Below are positions 41,023 to 49,523 of a stretch of DNA of 49,523 nt, piece by piece. Each line of letters opens with the position of its first letter. Positions within the stretch are counted from its first letter, which is position 1. The stretch covers positions 1-49,523 of the forward strand of contig CAVWIG010000046.1 of the NCBI GenBank assembly GCA_963754945.1. Direction: 5' to 3'. A model generated the notes under the pieces. The model ran no database searches. It saw nothing but the letters and a program-made list of their open reading frames with translations, and was not told the DNA's origin. A program made the position numbers and the translations under genes. The DNA comes from Methanotrichaceae archaeon (GTDB taxonomy: Archaea; Halobacteriota; Methanosarcinia; Methanotrichales; Methanotrichaceae).

Positions 41023-41903
41023 ATGCCGATTCGTAAGATCGCTGTGATAAGCCGCAGATATCACCAAATCAACCGCTATCGCGAGATCGTCGCGATTTTA
41101 GCAAAGTACGGTTTTGGAGATGTATTAGCGAAGCTGGAGTTACAGAAGCATCTCGAATTCGGGGAGAGCTTTATATTGGGGAAAGCTGCCGCGAATATAG
41201 CTGCTCTTTCTCATTGGGAACGGGTGCGAATGGCTCTGGAGGAACTTGGGCCGACTTTCGTCAAATTCGGTCAGATTTTGAGCACCAGACCGGACATGAT
41301 CCCTCAAGAACTAATCACCGAGCTGGAAAGACTTCAAGATACAGTACCGCCTTTTTCTGTAGAAGATGGCAAGCGGATTATCGAGGAGGAATTGGGTGAG
41401 TCCGTGGACAGCATTTTCAAGGACTTCATGAATACTCCCATCGCCGCGGCTTCTATTGCACAGGTCTACAAAGCGGTGTTGCCCGATGGTGAAGAAGGAG
41501 CAGGACTTCAGAATCGAGTTAGCGCATATCGAGCGTTTTGCGAGAATTTTCCAGGCTGATCCAACAGTTCACGTGCCCAGTGTCCATCGTGAACTCTCCA
41601 CAGGCAAAGTCCTTACGATGGAGTTTATCGGCGGGATGAAGATCTCGGATATTACAGAAGCGGAATTGCAGGGTCGATACTCCGGCACGGATCCAAAAGT
41701 CGTGGCATCACGGGGAGCGACCCTTATTTTGAAGCAGATATTTGAGCACGGCTTTTTCCATGCTGACCCCCATCCGGGAAACATCAGGGTATTGAAGGAT
41801 AATGTCATCTGCTTCCTCGACTATGGAATGATGGGATCTTTATCAGCTCGTCATCGAGAGGACCTAGCTGACGTGCTCATTGGGATTATAAATCACGACG
41901 AGA
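41023..41903 (+). pseudogene. ubiB: UbiB/ABC1 (AarF) atypical kinase, internally deleted near 41497 and truncated at IS200
   Basis: LEELGPTFVKFGQILSTRPD and AAASIAQV, then a jump (VAVKV..helix C region missing) to DFRIE..VLTMEFI..FFHADPHPGN..LDYGMMG. Confidence 0.88.
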
Positions 41904-42495
41904 GTCAAACGTTGCGGCGGCGGACCCCGCTGCAAGCAGGCGGGGCATGTTCCCGCCGCCAAGTTAATCGAATTCAAGCAAACTCATTTGCTTAAATCCT
42001 TCTTTTTCTTCCGTTGTTCCTTGCATTTCGACATAATTGCGAATTATGTCCGATAATATCCCATCACCTACCGTCCCAATATATCCCCCATCGCTCCAAA
42101 ATTCGCTGCCCCAAAGTGCTTTTTTGATTTCAGGAAATCTTTTGAAAATTTCTCTTGCGGTTATGCTTTTTATTATTTGCATAATCCTTGATGGCGAATG
42201 CTTTGGAGCTGCTCCAACGAAAATATGTATGTGATCTCCATCAGTCCCAATGGCATCAAATACAAATTGATATCGTTCTCCCAATTCTGAGCAAATATAC
42301 TTGAAATATTCAATCTTATTATTTCCAGAAAGTAATTTCTTTCTATACTTGATACATAGAACCATGTGATACCTAATTTTGTACACGCAATGATTCGCCC
42401 TTCCTAATTTAACCATAAGCCGAATATGCAACTATCCTTAAGTCGGTTTTCATGCTCATCCCCGCAGCAAGCTGCGGGGTATTCACTTAAAAATA
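41904..42495 (-). mobile_element. IS200/IS605-family element, tnpA only; ends approximate
   Basis: Subterminal hairpins CCCCGCAGC-AA-GCTGCGGGG (42460-42479) and CCCCGCTGC-AA-GCAGGCGGGG (41925-41945) flank tnpA; no TIR or TSD. Confidence 0.85.
41964..42416 (-). CDS. tnpA: IS200 HUH (Y1) transposase
   Basis: YHMVLCIKYRK, DHIH (HUH), KSITAR, LWGSEFWSDGGY and catalytic Y in IRNYVEMQ. Confidence 0.93.
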   Translation of the reverse strand: MVKLGRANHCVYKIRYHMVLCIKYRKKLLSGNNKIEYFKYICSELGERYQFVFDAIGTDGDHIHIFVGAAPKHSPSRIMQIIKSITAREIFKRFPEIKKALWGSEFWSDGGYIGTVGDGILSDIIRNYVEMQGTTEEKEGFKQMSLLEFD

Positions 42496-42499
42496 AAAA

Positions 42500-42795
42500 A
42501 CATCAGCGACACATTCCTTTCAGAGAACTGCGAGTTTGGGAAAGTAGTGTTGGTCAAGTTCCTGCCGGATGTCTATGCGATAGGGTTCCTTGCATGTCGA
42601 TCTCCATCGGAGGCAGAGGCAGCGACATCCTCCAAGCTCTTCAACGTATTCGTGCCCACCTCACCTAACCCGGCCACAGGCATCGTTTTCATGGTCTCGG
42701 AGCGGATAGTGCCGGTAGATATGAACGTGGACAAGGGCATGGAGTTCATACTATCTGCAGGTTTCATGGGAAAGTGTGAACAAGCCAAAAGATGA
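42500..42795 (+). pseudogene. C-terminal remnant of a DUF502 membrane protein
   Basis: VVLVKF...YAIGF...VFVPTSPNPATG...MNVDKGMEFILSAG; N-terminus absent. Confidence 0.75.
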
Positions 42796-42853
42796 GTTTG
42801 GGGGGGCATCCTACCGACACGTTTATTTGGGGTATCTGCTTACTCTCGTTCAA

Positions 42854-42926
42854 GGGCAGGTAGATCAGCTGGAAGATCGCTACCTTGGCATGGTAGAGGC
42901 CTCGGGTTCAAATCCCGACCTGTCCA
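42854..42926 (+). tRNA. tRNA-Ala (anticodon GGC)
   Basis: Acceptor stem GGGCAGG/CCTGTCC with G3:U70, anticodon arm CTACC-TTGGCAT-GGTAG, T-loop TTCAAAT, discriminator A; CCA not encoded. Confidence 0.97.
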
Positions 42927-43005
42927 TTTTCAGGCGTTTTATGGCATCCGATGTTTTGGTTTTCCCCGAATCGAATTTTTTGCTCGTAATAACGAAGAGG
43001 TCTGC

Positions 43006-43617
43006 ATGACCCGCGAGGTGATCGAGATCTTAGCGATGGCCTTCACCATCGGCCTGACGGGTGCCCTGGCTCCGGGTCCGACTCTCGTGGCTACCGTCAA
43101 CTCGTCCCTAAAGTCCGGTTGGACCGCAGGACCTAAGGTTGCATTGGGACATGCCCTGGTGGAGCTGTTCGTATTCCTGCTAATAGTATTGGGCTTGGCG
43201 GCGGCCGCACAGCAGTATTCGCGTTTCATCGCCGTACTGGGAGGCCTCGCCCTCATAGCCTTCGGCCTCTTCACTGTGAAGGGGAGCAGGAAAGCCTCTC
43301 TGACCACTCCTGCCTCGAACACAGCCCAAAACCCCTACCTGGCCGGGGTCCTCACGAGCGCTGCCAATCCCTACTTCTGGATATGGTGGCTCTCCATAGG
43401 AAGTGCAATGGTGATAGACGGACTGAGAGGAGGCCTCGTACTGGCCTGCCTGTTCATGATTGGGCACTGGGGAGCCGACTTCGGCTGGTACACTCTCGTC
43501 TCGGCCAGTCTGGACAATGGAAGAAAGGTCCTCTCCGAGGTCAACTACCAGAGGATTCTGGCCCTTTGCGGCTGTTTCCTAATCGTCTTCGGGCTGTACT
43601 ACCTGACCAAAACCTGA
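43006..43617 (+). CDS. LysE-family translocator
   Basis: GALAPGP, GHALVE and NPYFWIWW, with 6 TM segments. Confidence 0.88.
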   Translation: MTREVIEILAMAFTIGLTGALAPGPTLVATVNSSLKSGWTAGPKVALGHALVELFVFLLIVLGLAAAAQQYSRFIAVLGGLALIAFGLFTVKGSRKASLTTPASNTAQNPYLAGVLTSAANPYFWIWWLSIGSAMVIDGLRGGLVLACLFMIGHWGADFGWYTLVSASLDNGRKVLSEVNYQRILALCGCFLIVFGLYYLTKT

Positions 43618-43849
43618 CCAAACGTAAGCATTAGAGGGAAAGAGGGAAAATGTACCGGCTCAATGCTTGCTGAAGTGGAGGTGCAGAAAAGGAGCTCTTA
43701 CACTCTGTTTGCCTCCTTCAAGAACCTGGGATGACCGCAGCAGTCTCCCTGGTTCTCTTTGGGCCAAAGGCGGGAATTCCAGCGGCGGTTTGCATTCTTG
43801 CCGAGACTTCATTTTACATCCTCTTCGCGGCCCTGAGCCGCCACGGTAG

Positions 43850-43860
43850 CCTTATATAAA
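43850..43860 (+). promoter_or_regulatory. Putative TATA box for the spoIIM-like/proS operon
   Basis: CCTTATATAAA about 30 bp upstream of the TTG start at 43892. Confidence 0.5.
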
Positions 43861-43891
43861 GGCCAGAGGCAGGATAAATGGGAGATGTCAA

Positions 43892-44476
43892 TTGTCGTTT
43901 AAAGACGATCTGGCTTATCTGAAGTCGATCCGTGTCTTCATAGGCATAACTGTGCTCATCTTTTTGGTCACCGCAGTGATGGGCTATTTTGCAGCGGCAG
44001 CCGATTCTGCGTTGGCTGCATCCTGGATGAATGAGCTTGAGATGTTCAAGTGGATATTGAGCCTTCATCCCTTGCTTATCATGCTGGCAATATTCCTCAA
44101 GAACCTCCTTGCCTGTGCCATGTCGGTTCTCCTTGGACTGGGATTCGGCCTCGTTCCTCTGCTGGTCCTTACCTCCAATGGGTTCATGATCGGTGTGGTC
44201 TCCTACAGCATAATCCACAAGCAAGGTGTCCTTTACCTGATGGCGGGCATTGTGCCCCACGGAATAATCGAGCTGCCCACCATACTGCTAGGCATATCGC
44301 TGGGCTTTCGGTTGGGGTATCTGCTGGCCCTTACCATCTTAGGAGAGAAGGTCGACCTGGCAGGGGAGACGAGGATTGCAGTTCATTTCCTGGTCAGATG
44401 GTTCCTGCCCCTGCTCTTCCTGGCCGCGGCCATTGAAACTTTTATCACCCCACTCATCATATCAGTTGTCTCATGA
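43892..44476 (+). CDS. SpoIIM/DUF95-family membrane protein
   Basis: [19 protein letters not shown] and [10 protein letters not shown]. Confidence 0.88.
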   Translation: MSFKDDLAYLKSIRVFIGITVLIFLVTAVMGYFAAAADSALAASWMNELEMFKWILSLHPLLIMLAIFLKNLLACAMSVLLGLGFGLVPLLVLTSNGFMIGVVSYSIIHKQGVLYLMAGIVPHGIIELPTILLGISLGFRLGYLLALTILGEKVDLAGETRIAVHFLVRWFLPLLFLAAAIETFITPLIISVVS

Positions 44477-45918
44477 CCAATTCAAAGACCGACTCCAAGG
44501 CTCAGACTAACAAGCTTCCACCAAAGGATGACTACAGCGAATGGTATCACGAACTCTTGATTCAGGCTGAGATAGTCGATAACCGATATCCTGTCAAGGG
44601 AATGTGCGTCTGGTTCCCCTTCGGCTTCACCATACGCAAGAACGTCTACAGCATCATCCGGGAACTCCTGGACGTAGACCACCAGGAGACTCAGTTTCCT
44701 CTCCTGATCCCTGAGAACGAGTTCATGAAGGAGGCCCAGCACATCAAGGGATTCGAGGACGAGGTGTACTGGGTGACCTCCGGCGGCACCGCTCCGCTGG
44801 ACGTCAAGCTGGCCTTGCGGCCTACAAGCGAGACAGCCATCTATCCAATGTTCAAGCTGTGGATAAGGTCTCATGCCGACCTGCCGCTCCGGATCTACCA
44901 GATAGTTAACACATTCCGGTACGAGACCAAGCATACACGGCCATTGATCCGCTTGCGAGAGATCACCTCCTTCAAGGAGGCCCACACCGCTCACGCCACC
45001 TGGGAAGAGGCAGCAGCGCAGGTGGAGGTGGCAATCGAGAGGTACTCCGAGTTCTACCGACGGCTGGCCGTACCCTTCTTGGTTAGCAGAAGGCCTGTCT
45101 GGGACAAGTTCCCAGGAGCGGATTACACCACGGCCATCGATGTGATAATGCCCGACGGAAGGACGCTTCAGGTAGGCACCGCCCACCATCTTGGTTCTAC
45201 ATTTGCCAAGACCTACGAGATAACCTACGAGGCCGAAGATGGGGAGCAGAAGCTGATCAACCAGACCTGTTACGGCATCTCGGAACGTTGCATAGCTGCA
45301 CTGATCTCCGTTCATGGGGACGACAAGGGCCTTGTCCTGCCCTGGGGCGTGGCTCCTGTGCAGGTGGTCATCGTGCCCATACTTCTCGGGGACAAGGAGT
45401 TGGTGCTGGAGGTCTGCCGGAGTCTGCAACAAAAGCTTCGCGAGGCGGGCGTGCGTGTCAACCTGGACACCAGCGACGAGCGGCCCGGAGCCAAGTTCTA
45501 CAAGTGGGAGATGAAGGGCGTGCCCATTCGTCTGGAGGTCGGGCCGAGGGACATCCAAAAAGGCGTTGTGACCATGGCTCGTCGCGACGGCGTCAAAAAG
45601 GCAGTGCCAGTAGAGAGCCTTGAAGAGTTCTTGTTCGGCGAGGCTGGAGACATTCAGGCTGCGCTCTACAGCAGGGCCGAGCAGTTTAGGGACAGCAAGG
45701 TTAAGGGAGTATCGAGCATCGATGAGGCCAAAGCGCAGACCGAAAGCGGCGTGGCCCTTGTTCCATGGTGCGGCTCTGAGGAGTGCGGCCACCAGCTAGA
45801 GGACAAGGTGGAGGCCAACATGCTCGGAGAGCCCCAGTATGTCTCCTTCGCTGAGGCTGCGTGCGTTGTCTGCGGAAAGGTGAGCGGCAAGCGCACCTAC
45901 ATGGCCAGACAGTATTGA
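44473..45918 (+). CDS. proS: Prolyl-tRNA synthetase (archaeal/eukaryal type)
   Basis: [29 protein letters not shown], anticodon domain and C-terminal Zn site ending ARQY. Confidence 0.97.
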   Translation: MTNSKTDSKAQTNKLPPKDDYSEWYHELLIQAEIVDNRYPVKGMCVWFPFGFTIRKNVYSIIRELLDVDHQETQFPLLIPENEFMKEAQHIKGFEDEVYWVTSGGTAPLDVKLALRPTSETAIYPMFKLWIRSHADLPLRIYQIVNTFRYETKHTRPLIRLREITSFKEAHTAHATWEEAAAQVEVAIERYSEFYRRLAVPFLVSRRPVWDKFPGADYTTAIDVIMPDGRTLQVGTAHHLGSTFAKTYEITYEAEDGEQKLINQTCYGISERCIAALISVHGDDKGLVLPWGVAPVQVVIVPILLGDKELVLEVCRSLQQKLREAGVRVNLDTSDERPGAKFYKWEMKGVPIRLEVGPRDIQKGVVTMARRDGVKKAVPVESLEEFLFGEAGDIQAALYSRAEQFRDSKVKGVSSIDEAKAQTESGVALVPWCGSEECGHQLEDKVEANMLGEPQYVSFAEAACVVCGKVSGKRTYMARQY

Positions 45919-45937
45919 GACTGCATGGCCACGTTAC

Positions 45938-46657
45938 CTATTTTCCACAGGCAGGACAATGAGGATTCTTCTCTACAGGGACTTTCATGATCTCAGTAAA
46001 GACCAGGTCGAAGATCTGCCGCGTCCCTGCTCGCAGGGTTCCGAGGCCAGTCAGGCTCAGGATGGCTGCAGATGCCATGGCCACTCCCACTATCCCGGTG
46101 GCTACACCGATTACCGGGGTCATCTCCGCTTCGGGGAATCCCTCGTCCAGGGCACAGGCAAGGCAGGCGCTCTTTCCCGGCAGAACAGAGAAGATCTCGC
46201 CTCCGAAATCCTGGGCAAAGCCGTGAACTGCAGGTATTCCCTGGCGAAGGCACTCTCTGTTGACCGCCAGGCGATCTCTGTTACGGTCGAAACAATCCAA
46301 AACGATGTGGCAACCATTGAGAAGCGGCTGCATGTCTCGTTCTTCGACTCTTTTTTCTACAACCTCCACATTCAGCACGGGATTATGAGAAAGAAGGCGT
46401 CTTGCCGCCATCTGGGCCTTAGGCTGGCCCAGGTCGGAAAAGGAGAAAAGTATCTGTCTGTTGAGGTTGCTAGCTTCAACAACATCTCCGTCAACAAGCA
46501 TCAGAGAACCGATGCCTGATGCCGCCAGATAAAGCGCAGCAGGTCCGCCCACGCCTCCCAGGCCAAGCACCGCCACTTTGCTGTTTCTTAGCTTCTCTTG
46601 TCCCTCGACTCCAAAGTCGGGTATGGCCATCTGTCTGGTCCACATCTGATCATTCAA
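45938..46657 (-). CDS. ThiF/MoeB/HesA-family E1-like adenylyltransferase
   Basis: GLGGVG, DGDVVEASNLNRQ, CLAC and CPAC zinc ligands. TTG start overlaps the MoaD stop. Confidence 0.88.
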   Translation of the reverse strand: MNDQMWTRQMAIPDFGVEGQEKLRNSKVAVLGLGGVGGPAALYLAASGIGSLMLVDGDVVEASNLNRQILFSFSDLGQPKAQMAARRLLSHNPVLNVEVVEKRVEERDMQPLLNGCHIVLDCFDRNRDRLAVNRECLRQGIPAVHGFAQDFGGEIFSVLPGKSACLACALDEGFPEAEMTPVIGVATGIVGVAMASAAILSLTGLGTLRAGTRQIFDLVFTEIMKVPVEKNPHCPACGK

Positions 46658-46953
46658 GCTGCCCCTCCCATGACCCCGAAGGAAACCGTATCTCCATCTT
46701 TGAGCACAGTCTCCAGACCCAGAGGAAACTTCTGATAGCTGTTGAGGTCCAGAAAGTTGACGCAAATATTCGCGTAATCCCTCTCGCTGTAAAGGGGGCG
46801 GATGAAGCAGAGCCGGGAGAACTTGTAGCCGTAGACGCGGGCAAGGAAGTCGATCAGTTCACTCACTTTCAGACCATCCTCTATTTCGATATCCTCGTAG
46901 AGCTTTTTGGTGACCATGGAGAAGAAACCATAGTAGCGAGCCGTCACCTGCAT
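46654..46953 (-). CDS. MoaD/ThiS/SAMP-like beta-grasp protein
   Basis: MQVTARYYG, VSELIDFL and GLETVLKDGDTVSF..MGGAA*. Confidence 0.85.
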   Translation of the reverse strand: MQVTARYYGFFSMVTKKLYEDIEIEDGLKVSELIDFLARVYGYKFSRLCFIRPLYSERDYANICVNFLDLNSYQKFPLGLETVLKDGDTVSFGVMGGAA

Positions 46954-46972
46954 CCCCTTCTCCTCCTCAAAT

Positions 46973-48909
46973 TTAGGCGGGATTCTTTACCTTCTCCATC
47001 TTCTCCAGGTATTGTGCTCGGCACTTCTCCAGATCGTCCACGATATCCTCCAGCCCGTGGTCTCTCAAAACCTCCGGAAGCGGGAAGCCGGTCTCCTTGT
47101 CCCATCCTCGCACATCATAGTAGCGGGGAATGAGTTCTGCCTCGGGGAATACCGTTCCCTTGTTGGGTCCATCGGGCATTGGCTCTTCCGTGAAACGCTT
47201 GGGACTTCGATCCTCCAGCCGACCAACAAGAAGACGGTTCCAGTAGGCTCTCTCCAGATGCACAATTCTTCCGCCGGTGCGAAGCAGCTCCTCAGCGGTG
47301 AAGTCCTGACCAGTGGCTGCGGACAGAAGCAAGGCCATGTCCTCCGGCTGCACCGCAAAGGACCAGCTATGAGTAAAGGTGCATTGCGTCAGGCTATCGC
47401 CTACTGCTTTCAGATCTTCTTGATATTTCTCCATCTCAGGCTTCTTGATCGTGGAGAGCCGGTCCTCGGCCTGCTTGGTTCCCAGGATCGTCTCCACTAG
47501 CCCAGGATAGAAGGCTCCGGTCAGCTCAAGGCAGGGCAGTCCCTGAAGATGGTCTCCTCCGCGCCTGCCTGTGACAAAGCCTATTCCAAAGGCAAAGCCC
47601 AGGCCCCTCGGATCATCCTGCGACATGTCGTGGCCCTTAACGGAGATGGAATAGTCATGGCCCCGGCCAAGAATCTGTGCTGCGCGGCTGGAGCCCTCAG
47701 CCAGTAGGTTCCCAAAGCCCTCACGCCGCGCGATCATCCTGATGAGCTTATCAATAAGCTCCTGATCTCCCCATTCAAGGACCAGACCGTCTGTATCCTC
47801 TTTAGTGAGGAGGCCGCGCTGCCAGCACTCCATGGCCCAGGATATGGCTCCGCCACAGGAGCAGGAATCTAGGCCCAGCTCGTTGACCAGCTTGTTATTA
47901 TGAACCACTTTGTCCATATCCAGCAGGCCTATACGTGGGCCGATGGCCGTAAGGGTTTCATATTCCGGCCCGCCCGTGATCTCACCTGCATATTTTCCTT
48001 CGGATATCCTGCTGAACCTGCCGCAAGAGATGGAGCAAGCGAAGCAGCCCTCTCGATGGGAAAGGAAGTTGTCCCTGTGCGTTTCACCGCTTAGTTTCTT
48101 GGCGTCAGGATGGTTTCCCTTCTGGAAGTTCTGCCAGCAGAACCAGCCTTGCTCGTAGTTAGCGGGCATGGTTAGAAGCCAGGTGCCTTGGTCGTAGAGC
48201 ATCTGGCACATGAGGTCTCTCTTGAGCCGCTCCCGGATGTCGGCGCAGATGCGGTAGAACTCCTGGGGCCGAGCGATGCGAACGGGCTTCGTGCCCCTGA
48301 CCGCCACAGCTTTGAGATTCTTGGAGCCCATGACCGCGCCCATGCCGGACCTGGCTGCCGCACGGTAGACATCGTTCAGAATGCAGGCATATCTTACAAC
48401 GTTCTCCCCGGCCGGGCCGATCAGAGAGATGTGCACCTCCTCTGTGCCAAGATCTTCTTTGATCATGGCATCGGCTTCGGGCACCGTCAGGCCCCAGATG
48501 CCGCTCGCGTCCCTGATCTCCACACGGTCGTCATCGATCCACAGATAGACTGGTCTGGAGGATCGGCCCTGAATAACAAGTTGATCATAGCCTGCGAATT
48601 TCAGCTCCGGACCCCAATGCCCGCCCATGTTGGAGTCTCCGAAGCCTCCGCCCAATGGGGATTTAGCCGTAACAGTGGTCCTGCCGCAAGATGGGGCAAA
48701 GGTGCCGGTGAGCGGGCCTACGCCAAAGATCAGCCGGTTGTCGGGCCCCAGGGGATCGATTTCAGGTCCAACCTCTCGGTAGAGCAGCTCGGAGTTGAAG
48801 CCCTGCCACCTAGCCACTTCTTTCTGTAGGATTCATCGATCTCCTCAACAGTGACCGCGCCATCGCTCAAGTTCACGCGCAGCCGCTTGCCAGTCCAGCC
48901 GTCGACCAT
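46973..48909 (-). CDS. aor: W/Mo aldehyde:ferredoxin oxidoreductase (AOR family); 1-nt frameshift near 48802 (artefact or recent lesion)
   Basis: GWTGKRLRVNLS..KWLGGR/GFNS, KSPL, SNMGG.WG.ELKFAG, AARSGMGAVMGSKNLKA, C..C...C, GPEYET and YYDVRGWD. Confidence 0.9.
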
Positions 48910-48914
48910 TTCTC

Positions 48915-49396
48915 TCACCCCGAGGCCGACAGGACGGTCATGTCCGCCAGTGCACGCCGCCTGGCCATGAGTTGATCGTCAATAGTTGAGAAGACAAGGG
49001 CATCGGACGGGCAAAAACGGACGCATTGAGGGGACCCGCTGCACAGGTCGCACTTGAAGGCAGCTCCCTTGTCGGGATCAAAACCGACATGAGAGCAGGC
49101 CTCCAGGCAGGAGCGGCAACCGGTACATGAAGCCTGATCTATGACAGCCACCCTGGTTGATGTATCCATCTTGATGGCACCCTGGGTGCAGGCCGTCAGG
49201 CATTTGGGCTTGCTGCACTGAGAGCAGACGGAAGGATAGCTCTTTCCCAGTGCCTCGTATTTGATTATCCTCATTCTGGAAAGCACAGGGCTACATGCGC
49301 CCTCATGGAAGAGGGAGCAGGCCATCTCGCAGGTCCTGCAACCAGTACACTTGTTGGATCGACCAATAAAGTCTTGGAACTCGTAACAATCACCAC
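48915..49396 (-). CDS. 4Fe-4S multicluster ferredoxin-like subunit; 1-nt frameshift near 49356; start uncertain
   Basis: LLVDP/NKCTGCRTCEMAC, CSQC..PKC..AC, CTGCRSCLEAC and KCDLC.G.PQCV.FCP. Confidence 0.85.
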
Positions 49397-49523
49397 GTTT
49401 TAATCCATAAAGTCACAAACGTTAGCTTTTATGATCGTATTAGTACACTGTACTTAAGATTTGCTCGTTAATGAACTGCATTTCAGAGGGCACATCAGGT
49501 AAGCGAAGATGTTTGCTGTTTGC

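Noticed and set aside
42854-42926. tRNA-Ala as the integration site of the upstream accessory region
   Set aside because: No duplicated tRNA fragment or integrase found by eye, and the accessory DNA lies on the 5' side of the tRNA.
44482-45792. 436-aa antisense ORF
   Set aside because: Codon-register shadow of the GC-rich proS gene, with no recognisable motifs.

Overview
Chromosomal segment of a methanogenic archaeon, most consistent with Methanotrichaceae/Methanosarcinia (F420 genes cofC/cofE, gatD, aIF-2beta with TRAM domain, archaeal ribC, DUF2121/Connectase, glyA-folD, GGTGA-type RBS and TATA promoters). Core genes: 2-oxoacid:ferredoxin oxidoreductase alpha/beta, rubredoxin, ferritin, glyA, folD, mobA, tyrS, ribC, HARP, RNase Z, surE, cofC, cofE, aIF-2beta, rpl10e, gatD, RdgB/HAM1, tRNA-Ala(GGC), proS and an AOR-ferredoxin-MoaD-ThiF operon. 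There are two accessory zones. (1) About 8.2-14.5 kb, downstream of tyrS: an ApeA-like HEPN gene, a PIN/DUF104 toxin-antitoxin (TA) pair, two MNT-HEPN pairs, an hsdM remnant and a complete IS66-family element with TIRs and an 8-bp TSD. These modules are separated by three same-orientation copies of an unexplained GC-rich repeat. (2) About 30.6-42.8 kb: a redox block (MFS, Rieske, PQQ-type propeller, CDGSH, RHH regulator) bracketed by ~160-bp direct repeats, then gene remnants, a Tes-like radical SAM plus GT2 pair, and an IS200 sitting at a ubiB/DUF502 deletion junction. Most notable signals: a classical ferritin ending in an encapsulin-targeting-like peptide (GTTIGSLKK), the repeat-delimited TA/defence cassette array, and a MoaD/SAMP-like protein whose di-glycine is masked (GGAA-stop). 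No CRISPR array, rRNA or integrase seen. Family assignments come from motif recognition only; no database searches were run.
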